From Raillietiella orientalis (Eukaryota), in assembly GCA_036172245.1 (NCBI GenBank), contig JAYWIR010000114.1, positions 62,001 to 124,790 on the forward strand: a DNA stretch of 62,790 bases. Direction: 5' to 3'. The notes beneath the pieces are model-generated. The model saw nothing but the letters and a program-made list of their open reading frames with translations, did not search any database and was not told the DNA's origin. The translations under genes and the position numbers were made by a program. Positions 38,101-49,524 of this stretch are shown here, piece by piece (within the stretch, counting starts at the first letter, position 1; each line of letters begins with the position of its first letter).

Positions 38101-40009
38101 AACTTCTTCTGCTGGGGAGACTTGTTTAGTTTCCCCGTTGAAGAAGTGGGTTTTTCGCTACCGGCATCGCTCTCGGTGCCGGTGTGGTCGGTGGACTCGG
38201 GATCTTCTCCGGAGCGTTCCGCCTTGGCGATCACCTTGCGCGGGAGGGTCTCCAGGGAGACCGTCGCGCAGTAGACCGCCTTGACTTCCGAGAGCTGGGC
38301 CTCCAGATTCTCTCGCTCCGGCTCCGCAACCATACGGTTGACTTCGTCTTGAGCCTCGGAGATGCGGGTCAGGAGTTGCTCCTGTTGCGCCTCTGTCTGG
38401 CCTTGACGAACCTTCTACGCTAATTTGACCACCTCCTCGGTGAGTTGCAGGGCCTCCTGCGACTCCGGGGTGGGTTCCGGCATCTTCACCACTTCGTCTG
38501 TCACCTCCATCTTTTCGCCTTCCACTGCTGCAACCTCACGAGTAGGGGGGGGTTGTTGCTCCCTTACGAGCATCTTCCTCTTCCCCTTTTTCCCTATCTC
38601 GACGAGCCCGTCCGCCGAGACCGGAGCTGCCTCCCTCACCTTCTCTTGTTTCGCAAGCTGAGGTTTAAACACCTCAGCTAGCACCCTTTCCCTCACGGGG
38701 GATTCTCCACGGATTGTCCGGTAGTTAGCAAACTCCGGACAACTCCATTTGGCATGCCCGGGTTGTTTGCAGAACGAGCAAACTCCGGGCATGGTGCAAT
38801 TTCGGACCACGTGGCCCATCTTTCCGCACCGGAAACAGCGCACCTAGGACACGCGCCCATCCGGTGGCCAAAGTTTTTGCAGCCGGTGCAAAAGATCGGC
38901 TGCTGCCTGTATCGAATTGAGACGTCCTGCGACGCCTTGTCGATATGCACGTTTCCGGGGATTTGCGCCCCCTCCTTTAATTTTATCTTGGCGATCAGCT
39001 CGCCCGAGAAGATGTTTCCGGAGATGTTCTGGGTTTTCATCTCCAGAACCTCTCCGTATTGGGACAGGAAGTCCCACACCGTTTGTCTCTCGGTAAGGAT
39101 GCCAAGGCCATTCACGAAGACGGTCGTGTAAGGCATCTCGCCGATGCCTTGCACCATCTTCCCCTGGATATTGTTGCCCCTTTCGATGAGGGCCTCCTGC
39201 AGCTCCTCGCAGTCTGTATAAAGGAGAAATCCCGCTGAGTTCGGGATTATCGCCTGCAGCCGGTCAAAGTCCACATTCGTCTTGTAGAGAGCGCAGTACA
39301 CCTCCCTCACATTGTTGAACCAGATCAGTCCGGTTTTAAAAATTATCGGCTTGGACGCCGGGCTGAGTCGAACCATCGGCTCCTTCGTTCGAGTGATGAT
39401 TTCACTCGCCGGTTTGCCGAATGCTCTATTCGGTTGGGCAGAGGCCTGCCCCGCCGTCACCGCCGCATACGAAAAAGGCGGTTTCGCCGTCGCCGCCGAG
39501 CAAGATGGCGTCGCACCTTGCACTGTGTGCGCCGCGTGGACGCCCGCGGCTCCCGCCTGGGACGCCGCAGCCGCCGCTGCGGGCGCAACCCTCGTCGTCG
39601 CCGTCGCTGATGTCGCCGTAGGCGGGACCTTCGGCATCGCCGCCGCCGGCACGACCTTCCCCGCCGCGGGCGCGATCCTCGGCGTCGCCGCCGCGGGCAC
39701 GACCTCCATCGCCGTCGCCGCGGGCACGACCCTCGGCATCGCCGCCGCCGGCGCAGCAAAGCCTGCCGCGGGCGCGACCCTCGGAGTCGCCGCTGTCTCC
39801 TCGCCACTGCCGCATATTACCTCCATGTGTTCCTCCATGGGGGTCGACGGCTGCTCCACTTCTTCCTTGTGCCTCCTTGCGGCTGCCGTTGCTGCCGCGC
39901 TTCTTGTTTGGAGGACTTCCACCTCGGGTCCTTCGGCGCTGCTGCTGCTGCTGCTGTCGGGTATTTCCCTCGGTGGCACAGTCACTTCCACACTATTCTT
40001 TTCGAGGCA
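34980..40009 (-). mobile_element. Array unit E4: family A element with ~705-bp in-frame ORF2 deletion
   Basis: ORF1 ~40000-38076 (frameshift ~38843). ORF2 38059-35246 with stops; LLNNS is joined to MEILAG at 35527. Confidence 0.95.
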
Positions 40010-40155
40010 CTTGCCCTCTCGGGGCACGCAAAAATTGCCGCGGCAGTGGTTTTACGCACTGCCTTGGCGGGGTATTGGGTAAAGTTTTCAACTAGCAATA
40101 ATCGCGGCTCAGTCGCCTTCCTCGCCTACGATTTTCCCCAAGTCCCACAGGGGGT
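40010..40155 (-). ncRNA. U4 snRNA-like module (A variant, best preserved)
   Basis: Same elements as 34980-35125, with intact GTTGAAAACTTTACCCAATACCCCGCC. Confidence 0.88.
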
Positions 40156-43100
40156 GGGGTGAATTTATTTTCTATAAAAATACAATTTTCGCATTCACAC
40201 TCACATTCACTCTATGTTTACTCTTTGTCTCTCACTTTGAAGTCCTGGGGGGTTCACTAGAGTTCTGCTTTTACCTCAGGGTGGATTTCCAGCTGGATGG
40301 TCCCGGGCGTCGTCCTCGATCCTCTTCAGGATGAATCTGTACGTCCAGGCTTGGATGCGTCCACAATTCCTGATGCCGATCTCCTTCTTGATGAGTCCTT
40401 GCAGGATCTCCATCGGGGTTGCGGCTCTGCTGGCTCTTCTCATCTTCCACCACCGCACAAGTATGGCGGTGATGAAGAGGGCAATGGTCTTCCTCACCAT
40501 GGGATTGTAACAGGGAACATTACCATCTCCCTGAAACATCCCGGCGAGGATCTCCATCACGGAACTGGTCGTCATTCCAATGATCCTTTTCAGGATCAGC
40601 CAGTCGTGAAGGAGTGTGGGACACGTCAAGATGTCAAGTCTTGTATCGTTGTCACCACACGCCGTGCAGTCTCCGTCTTCCCGTCTTCTGGTGAAGTGCT
40701 TGAGTCTGGACCCGCTCAGGATACCTCCATGGTAAAACATCAGGAGGTTGTCCTGGGTGTCCGGCGGAAGGTCACTCCTCCAGAGCGTTGTGCCGATCGC
40801 CAACAGGTTGATGCGATCGCTCCCGTAGCGGTCGCCGGCTTCTTGGAGGGCACTGGTGTCCGTTTCTTCGTCTCTGATCATCTTCCGGAGGTTCTATTTG
40901 GTCACCCTCGACCACGCGAAGTCGTTGTGGTTAATCCACACCTCGCGGGTCTGGTGGGTGAACCTCCCTAACATCATCTCTATGTACCGGTGTACACGAG
41001 AATGATGTAGGTATCCTCCTCGGCGCCATTCCTGGATCCGTTGCAGGGTAACTCTGGGCCGCTGGTAGATCCAGCTTCTCGTGTCCGGAGGGACCGGAAG
41101 CATCCAGGGGATCACCAGGATGGACTCGTCCTGCCAGAGTTCCCTGCTTCTTGGCACGATCTTCATCTTGTGCTTTCGCACAAGCCGCTTTTTTCTTCTC
41201 TAGGTAGGGTCGATGGTGATCCATTCCCCTGCTCGGCCTAGCAGCGCAGTCATCAGGCCTTTCGAGTTGTTCAGCAACAACGCGTAGGCCCTGTGCGCCG
41301 CATACGGCCAGTCATCCTAGTGAGTGGCTATGTCCAGGGTGTGTCGCGTATCCATGATTTCCATGGAATGTGCAGGCGACTTCATCCCGGAACCGCCTTC
41401 TTCCCTGGGACGACACAGAGGTTTGAGACGTACTCTTGGGCGATAATGGCCCCACAAAGTTTTTCTCTGCAACTTTTCTACTTCTCTTGTGGTTTCTTTA
41501 TTCATTTGTGCGAAGGCCGCCCCGAAGAGTATCTTTGGTAGAAGTACTCCGTTCCACAGGTTGGCTCTTCGCTTCATGTTTAAGTCCACTCGAGTGTACT
41601 TCGCTGCTTTCTTGGCCGTTTACCCCAGGATTTCCGTCCACAGCAGTTTCGACGCAGAGTCGTCGCAGATGTAGACTCCCAGGTACTTGGCCGTGTCCAC
41701 CGTACGGAATCCACTCCCCGTTAGTGTGGAGAGGTTCAGGATTCCGACGGGCAAAAGCTGGTTCTTTTGGGCATTGATTTTCAAGCCCAGTCCCTGTTCC
41801 ATGAGGTCGACCACATCCAGGAACGCTCGTTGATTCCTCTCTCCCTTGATGAAGAAGAGGAGATCATCTGCGTATGCCAGATGGGTCAGGTGCTGACCAT
41901 CAATGGAAATCCCTGATAGACGACCGCTTCTCTCGATGTAAGAAGACAGCGCCTCCATGTATATGACGAACAGCATTGGACTTAGCGAGTCGCCCTGCAG
42001 GACTCCTCGTTCCATCCTAATTGCTGCCGTCTCTTGGCCGTTGATCTTGATACGGCAGTACTGGTTTTATAGTACCGCCCTCACGAAGTTGCTGAAGTGT
42101 TCCGGAAGCCCTAGCTTCTCCAGAACCTTTAGCAGCATCCCGTGGTCGATGGAGTCGAAGGCCTCCTCCATGTCGGTGAACACCAGCACCAGGTTCTCGC
42201 CAACGTATCGGCTGAGACCGACGGTGGCCTGGGCACACTTGACATTGTCAGACATGTGTCGTCCTGGGACTGCACACGTCTGGACCGGAGAGATCAGCCT
42301 CGACATGACCCTGCCTAAGCGGTAGGACCAGATCTTCGCCAACCACTTGGCATCTGAGTTTAGGATCGAGATAGGCCTCCATTAAGCGATCTGCGTGAGA
42401 TCGCCTCCTTCTGGCAGCAATCTCATCCTGCTCTCGTAGAAGGATTCCGGAAGTCGTCCTTCTTCTCGGATGCAGAGTGTGAACTGGTGGAACAAACGCA
42501 GGTAGGCGTGCAGGTACCGCTGATAGTGCGAGATGGGTACACTATCAGGGCCTGCTGCCACATAGTTGCGAAGCTGCCCAAACGCAGCCTTCACTTCTTC
42601 TTCGGATAACTACTCCTCCAGTCTACTTCTTTGGAGGTCGTCCGTCCTCTTCTCGAAGTAACATAGGAAGGCTTGCTGACTCGAGCGGCAGAGATCTTGT
42701 CGTCGGAAGTGTCTCGCGTAATGCCTGTGAAAGGCTTCCGCGATATCCTCCGACGTGTGCCGCTCTTGGCCGTCGTACTGGATGCAGAAGATATCTGTTG
42801 CCAGATTCCTCTTTTCCAGCACGCCAACCTCCCCTTTCGTGTTCTGGAAGACGTACCGACTCTCGTACTGATCGAAGTACTTCGAGAGGGAGCGATCTTG
42901 GATGTTCAGCTCCCGGTACGCTTCCTGCCTCATGCGCTTACAGAAGTACTGCATATTGCAGAACAGATGGATCCTGTGCTTCAACCTGTCCCAGTCGGCG
43001 AGTCTGCGGATGCTGGTGTCCCGCATAATCGCCTCGATGGCCTCCTGGTGACAGGGAAGCGTTTCGAACCAGGCGGGCATGCAGATGAGCGCCGCCCTAA

Positions 43101-43809
43101 TGGCCTTCTCCCTACGGGGATTTTCAGTGCGGAGTGTAAACCGTACCAATGGGTGATCGGACAACAGATGTGGAATGTCACGAAAACCCTGGATGCGGTT
43201 GTCTATCTCCGCACTGTGGAGGACGTGATCGATCGGCTTGTGGCTAGCTGTTCGCCACAAAAGTCCGAACTCGTCGGACAGCCGCCGATACGCTGCTCTT
43301 ACCCTTGCATCCTGAGAATACTTGATTTCGTCAAGGATGTTGAAATCCCCTGCGACGATGACTATGTCCTTCGGTGCCACTCGTTTGCGGAGTTCTTCTT
43401 GCAGTTTCTCCGCGCACCGATGCTTGATCTTGTGCGGTCCGTAGACGTTCACCAGGAAGAGGTGAACGTTACTGGAACAGGACAGTCGCACGCCAATTAC
43501 TCTGCGAGGTACCGGACAGAAGGTTTCCAAAATGGTGTGGGCGAGCTCGTTCTTGATGAGGATCGCCACCCCCATGGTCTTCTTCTGTCCCTCGCTGGCG
43601 AACAGTTGTCCGTCGAATCGGCGTTCCATCTCCAGGGCGTTGTGTTGCCCGAGACGGTGGATTTCTTGGAGGCACACCACATTAAATTTTGCGATGGTCC
43701 GCATGATGATCTTTCTCTTTCCCTGGTCCGTCAGTCCATTCACATTCCAGGAGGCGATGTTAATCCTCCTGGCACTGGACAGCGACGAGGCCATGAAAAG
43801 GGGGGAGTC

Positions 43810-45717
43810 CTACTTCACCTTTCTTGCCTTCCTTAGCTTCTTCTGCTGGGGAGACTTGTTCAGTTTTCCTGCTGAAGAAGTGGGTTTTTCACTGCCGGCA
43901 TCACTCTCGGTGCCGGTGTGATCAGTGGACTCCTGTTCGTCCACAGAGCGTTCCGCCTTGGCGACCACCTTGCGCGGAAGGGTCTCCAGCGAGACCGTCG
44001 CACAGAATGCAGCCTTCAGGTCGCCCAGCTGGTCCTCCAGCTTTTCCCGCTCTGGTTCTACAACCGTGCGGTTTACATCGTCTTGGACCTCGCAGACGCG
44101 GTTTAGGATTTTTGCCTGTTCCGCCTCCGGTTGGCCCTGGCGAACCTCCTCTGCCAGTTTAACCACCTCCTCGGAAAGTTGCAGGGCCTCCTGCGTCTCC
44201 GGGACTGGTTCTGGCGTCTTCTCCTCCTTCTCCGTTTCCTCCGCCACCTCCATAATCTCGCCTACCGCCGCTTCAACTACCGGGGTTTGAGGAATCTGTT
44301 GCTCCCATGCGAGCATCTTCCTTTTCCTTTTCTTCCCCACCTCCACGAAGCCGTCTGTCGAAACCGGAGCGGCCTCTCTTGTTTTCCTCTGCTTTGCTAG
44401 CTGAGGTTTGATTACCTCAGCTAGCACCCTTTCCCTTACCGGGGACTCTCCTCTAATCGTCCGGTAGTTTGCATACTCCGGACAACTCCATTTCGCATGC
44501 CCTGGTTGCTTGCAAAAGGGGCAAAGCTCGGGCATGCTACAGTTCCGGACCTGGTGGCCCTGTTTCCCGCACCTGAAGCAGCGAGATCTAGGGCAGGCAC
44601 CCATCCGGTGGCCAAAGTCCTTGCAACCGAGACAGAAGATCGGTTGCTGGCGGTACCTGACGTTCACCTCTTGCGAGGTTTCGTCAATGTGCACTAAACC
44701 GGGGATTTGGGCACCTTCTTTAAGCTTAATTTTGGCGATTACTTCGCCCGAGAAGATGTCTCCAGAGATGTTCTGGAAGCTTACATCCAGAACCTCTCCG
44801 TATTTCTCCAGGAAATCCCACACCGTTTCTTGTTCGGTGAAGATTCCCACTCCGCTGAGGTGGACGGTGGTGTAAGGCATTTCTCCTACGCCTTGTACCA
44901 TTTTCCCCTGAATATTGATTCCCTTTTCGATTAGGGCCTCCCGCAATTCATCGCAGTCCGTGTACAGTGTAAAACCTGACGTGCTGGGAATGATCGCTTG
45001 GAGACGATCAAAGTCGACGTTGGTTTTAAAAAGAGCACAGTACACCTCTCTTACATTGTTAAACCGGATCAATCCGGTTTTAAACATAATTGGTTTCGAC
45101 GCTGGACTTAGGCGAACCATTGGTTCTTTGCATCGCGTGATGCGTCCAGTCGTCGGCTTCTTGAAAGTTCGGTTTGGCTGGGCAGAGGCCTGCCCCGCCG
45201 TAACCGCCGCATACGAAAACGGCTTTGTAGCCGAACCCGAACAAGATGACGTCGCCATGTACGCCGCGTGGACGCCCGGGGCTCCCGCCTGGGACGCCGC
45301 CGCCGCCGCTGCGGGCGCAACCCTCATCGTCGCCGTCGCCGATGTCGCCGTAGGCGGGACCTTCGGCATCGCCGCCGCCGGCACGACCTTCCCCGCCGCG
45401 GGCGCGATCCTCGGCGTCGCCGCCGCGGGCACGACCTCCATCGCCGTCGCCGCGGGCACGACCCTCGGCATCGCCGCCGCCGGCGCAGCAAAGCCTGCCG
45501 CGGGAGCGACCCTCGGCGTCGCCGCTGCCTCCTCGCCACTGCCGCATATTACCTCCATGTGTTCTTCCATGGGGGTCGACGGCTGCTCCACTCCTTGTAT
45601 GTGCCTCCTTGCGGCTGCCGTTGCTGCCGCACTTCTTGTTTGGAGGACTTCCACCTCGGGTCCTTCGGCGCTGCTGCTGCTGTCGGGTATTTCCCTCGGT
45701 GGCACAGTCACTTCCAC
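43810..45717 (-). CDS. E5 ORF1 (RRM-like + 3 CCHC)
   Basis: 635-codon open frame, first ATG at 45570. CLGCKDFGHRMGAC, CFRCGKQGHQVRNC, CPFCKQPGHAKWSC. Confidence 0.9.
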   Translation of the reverse strand: MEVTVPPREIPDSSSSAEGPEVEVLQTRSAAATAAARRHIQGVEQPSTPMEEHMEVICGSGEEAAATPRVAPAAGFAAPAAAMPRVVPAATAMEVVPAAATPRIAPAAGKVVPAAAMPKVPPTATSATATMRVAPAAAAAASQAGAPGVHAAYMATSSCSGSATKPFSYAAVTAGQASAQPNRTFKKPTTGRITRCKEPMVRLSPASKPIMFKTGLIRFNNVREVYCALFKTNVDFDRLQAIIPSTSGFTLYTDCDELREALIEKGINIQGKMVQGVGEMPYTTVHLSGVGIFTEQETVWDFLEKYGEVLDVSFQNISGDIFSGEVIAKIKLKEGAQIPGLVHIDETSQEVNVRYRQQPIFCLGCKDFGHRMGACPRSRCFRCGKQGHQVRNCSMPELCPFCKQPGHAKWSCPEYANYRTIRGESPVRERVLAEVIKPQLAKQRKTREAAPVSTDGFVEVGKKRKRKMLAWEQQIPQTPVVEAAVGEIMEVAEETEKEEKTPEPVPETQEALQLSEEVVKLAEEVRQGQPEAEQAKILNRVCEVQDDVNRTVVEPEREKLEDQLGDLKAAFCATVSLETLPRKVVAKAERSVDEQESTDHTGTESDAGSEKPTSSAGKLNKSPQQKKLRKARKVK

Positions 45718-45735
45718 ACTAATCTTCGGCAGGCA

Positions 45736-45878
45736 CTTGCCCTGTCAGGGCACACAAAAATTGCCTCGGCAGTGGTTTTACGCACTGCCTTGGCGGGGTA
45801 TTGGGTAAAGTTTTCAACTAGCAATAATCGCGGCTCAGTCGCCTTCCTCGCCTATTTTCCCCAGGTCCCACAAGGGGT
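45736..45878 (-). ncRNA. U4 snRNA-like module (B variant)
   Basis: U4 core, Sm site, terminal TGCCCT-GAC-AGGGCA. 3-nt deletion in the 5' stem-loop base. Confidence 0.85.
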
Positions 45879-46015
45879 GAAGTAAATTTATTTTCTATAA
45901 AACATTCCCGCTACAATCACATTCATACACTTTCACTTTTCCTCACTTGTCACCGGTCACTTTGGCACTTGTGCTTAAAGTTCACTTCTGGGCGTCTGAA
46001 AAGTCACTGCTTTAC

Positions 46016-49000
46016 TTACCTTGGATCCGCTTGGGTTCGGAGACTTCCTTCTATCCTTCTCAGGATGTGTCGGTAGTTCCAAACTTGAACTCGTACGCAG
46101 TTTCGGATGCCAATCTCCTTCTGGATCAACCCTTGCAGGATCTCCATCGGAGATATGGCAGTCCTCGTGGACCTCATCTTCCACCACCGCACAAGGATGG
46201 CGGTGATGAAAAGGGCGATGGTCACTCTGACCATGGGTTTTAGCGTGGAACTGTTCCAGTTCCCTGGAACATTCCTGCCAGAACGTCCATGGTCGAGGCG
46301 TTGTTCAGCCCGATGACCCTTTTCAGGGTTGTCCACTCGGATTGCAATGTGGGGCAGGTCAAGACGTTTCTACCTGAATCCAATCCACCACATGCTTTGC
46401 AGGTTTCTTCTTCTCGTCGTCCCGTGAAGATCTTCATTCTCGTGCCGCACAGGATCCCCCCATGATAAAACATGAGGAGATTGTCCTGTGTATCCGGTGG
46501 TAGGTCACTCCTCCATAGCACCGTACCGATCGCTAGTGGATTGAATCCACTGCTTGCGTATCGGTCGGCAGCATCTTGGAGGGCTCTGTGGTCTTGTTCT
46601 TCCCTGATGATGTCCTTCCTGTTCTTCTTCGTTACCCTGGACCTCGCATGGTTAGGATGGCTTTTCCATACCTCGCGGGTCTTCAGGGTAACGGATCCAC
46701 TCATCCTTTCCACGTGACGAAGTACCCGTGAATGATGAAGGTATCTTCGCCGTGTCCAGGATTCCAATTCTCCGAAGGTAACTCTGGACCGCTGGCGTAT
46801 CCAGCTCCTCGTGTCATCCTGTACGGGGAGCATCCAAGGGATAACCAGGATGGATTCCTCCTGCCAGAGTTCCTTGCTTCTCGGGATGATCTTGATTCCC
46901 TCGCTCTTGATCAATCTTTGTTTCCGCCTCCACGTTGGGTCGATGGTTGAACATTCGTCCACTCTGCCGACGAGCGGAGTCATCAGGCCCCTCGAGTTAT
47001 TAATTAACAACGAGTATGCCCTATGCGCCGCGTACGGCCAGTCGTCCCAGTTGGAAGACATCTCCAGGATGTGTCGCACGTCCATGTTGTTCACGGCGTG
47101 TGCAGGCGACTTCATCCCGGTTCCTCCCTCCTCCCTCGGACGACAAAGTGGCTTCAGGCGTACTCTCGGACGGTATCCTCCCCACAGGGTCTTCCTCTGT
47201 AGCTTTTCCACTTCTCGCTTGGTGTCTTTCGACATGTTGCTGAAGGCCGCTCCGAAAAGTACCTTCGGAAGGAGAACTCCATTCCAAAGGTTGGCCCTCT
47301 GCTTCATGTTGAAGTCCGAGCGCGTGTACTTCGCTCCTTCTTCAGATACTTTCCCCAGGATTTCCTTCCACAACAGTTGGGACGCGGATGCATCACCAAT
47401 GTGGATACCTAGGTACTTGATCGTGTCCACCGTACGGAAACCTTCACTCACGAGTGTTGTGAGGTCCAGGATGCCGACGGGCAAGAGTTTGCTTTTCTGG
47501 GCATTGATTTTAAGCCCCAATCCTTTCTCCATGAGCTCAACCACATGCAAGAAGCCTCGCTGATCTCTCTCCCCTTTGAGAAAGAAGAGAAGGTCGTTCG
47601 CGTAGGCGAGATGGGTGAGTCTCTGTTGGTCAACTTTGATTCCTCGGAGATACCCGGTTCTGTCGATGAACGAAGAGAGGGCCTCGATGTAGATGACAAA
47701 CAGCATCGGACTTAGCGCGTCGCCCTGACGGACTCCGCGTTCCATCCTGATGGCTGCTGTCGCTTCCCCATTGACGGTGATGCGGAATTCTTGGTCTTCT
47801 AGTACCATCCTGACGAAGTTGCTGAAGTATTCCGGGAGGCCCAGTCTTCCTAGAATCTTCAGCAGCATCCCATGGTCTACCGTGTCGAAGGCTTTCTCCA
47901 TGTCAGTGAAGCTCAGCACCAAGTTCTCGCCTGTGTATCGGCTGAGTCCTATGGTGGCTTGAGCACACTTGACATTGTCCGACATGTGACGACCGGGCAC
48001 CGCACATGTCTGGACCGGAGATATAAGCCGCGGCATGACCTTGCCTAAGCGGTTGGCCCAAATCTTCGCCAACCACTTGGCATCGGAGTTCAAGATCGAG
48101 ATTGGCCTCCATTGAGTGACCTGCGTGAGGTCACCGCCTTTCGGCAACAATCTCATCCGACTCTTGCTGAAGGACTTTGGTATTCTTCCTTCTTCTTTGA
48201 TGCATAGCGTCAGCTGGAGGAACAGTCGCCGGTAGGCATGCAGATACCTCTGATAGTGGGAGATTGGAATACTATCAGGGCCTGCCGTCACATCCTTGCG
48301 ATGTTCCTCGAACCCAGCTTTCACTTCTTCATCGGAGATATGTTCTTCCAGCATCTTCTTGCTCTTTACGTCAATCCGGTTTTCCAGATGTTTCAGGAAT
48401 CCTCGTTGATAGATCTCGTCCGGTTGTTTCCTACGGAAGTGTTCTGCATAATGCCTGTAGAAGGCTTCTGCGATGTCTTCCGTCTTGCTCTTCATCTGGC
48501 CTGCGTACTGGATGCTGAAGATATCTGTTGCCAGATTCTTCTTCTCCAGTACGCCAACTTCACCATTGATGCTGTTGAAGGCGAACCGGCTCTGGTACTG
48601 TTGCCAGTACTTGGAGAGCGAGCGATCTTGAATGTTGAGCTCGCGGTACGCATCCTGCCTCAGTCTCTTGACTCCAAACTGCATGTTGCAGAACAAATGG
48701 ATGCCGTGCTTGAGGCTGTCCGAATCGGCGACCCTGCTGATGGTTGTAGTTTGCAGGATCTCCTCCATCAGATCTTGATGATGGGGATGGGTCTCGAACC
48801 ATTGGGGCATGGTGAGAATTGCTTCCCTCGTTGCCTTGCTTCGTAGAGGGTTTTCCGTCCGCAAGGTGAACCTCATCAACGGATGATCGGACACAGAGTG
48901 AGGAGTGTCTCGAAAACCGAGGACTCGGTTCCCAATGTCGGCGCTGTAGAGGACGTGGTCGATCGGCTTGTGGCTCGCAGTCAGCCACTGGAGTCCGAAC

Positions 49001-49524
49001 TCGTCGGAAAGCCGCCGATACGCCTCCCTTCCTCTGACGTCTCGGGAATAGATGACTTCATCCAGGAGGTTGAAGTCCCCAACGATGATGACGATGTCCT
49101 TCGCCTGCACTTTTTGGCGGAGGGCTTCATGAAGCACTTCCGCGCACTGGTGCTTTAGGTGGTGCGGCCCGTAAACGTTCACCAGGAAGAGGTGACCGTT
49201 CGCGGACCAGGACAATCGTGAGACGAGAATTCTTCCAGGGACGGGACAGAAGACTTCCAGGATGGTGGCGGCAAGGTGCTTCTTGATTGCCGTTGCCACC
49301 CCCATGGTGTGCCTCTGTCCCACGCTGGTGAACAGTTGGACGTTCATTCGTCTCTCCAATTCCAGGCTGATCTGCTGCCCCATCTCGTGGGTTTCCCGCA
49401 GGCAAACGATGTCGAAGTGCCTGATCTTGTGGGCTATTCTTCGTCTTCGCACTGAATCTTGCATTCCATTAACGTTCCAGGAGGCGATGGTCAGTCTCCC
49501 GGCTGTCGACAAGGATGAGGCCAT
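46016..49524 (-). CDS. E6 ORF2 pol (APE endonuclease, reverse transcriptase, C-terminal Zn finger), nearly intact, ~1170 aa if repaired
   Basis: 1094-aa open frame 46240-49524, with the last codons shifted at ~46240. Catalytic YADD is altered to YAND and LQE to LRE, so this copy is probably inactive. Confidence 0.9.

Larger units (their letters stand above)
40010..45735 (-). mobile_element. Array unit E5: full-length family A element
   Basis: Intact ORF1 43810-45717. ORF2 43794-40276 with several nonsense codons (42610, 42382, 42067, 41620, 41317, 40894). Confidence 0.95.

Noticed and set aside
28523..45808. Long + strand ORFs opposite ORF1/ORF2 (e.g. 28523-29377, 31812-32732, 42673-43836, 44915-45808)
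   Set aside because: Antisense shadows of GC-rich coding sequence, with no independent motifs and variable ends between copies.
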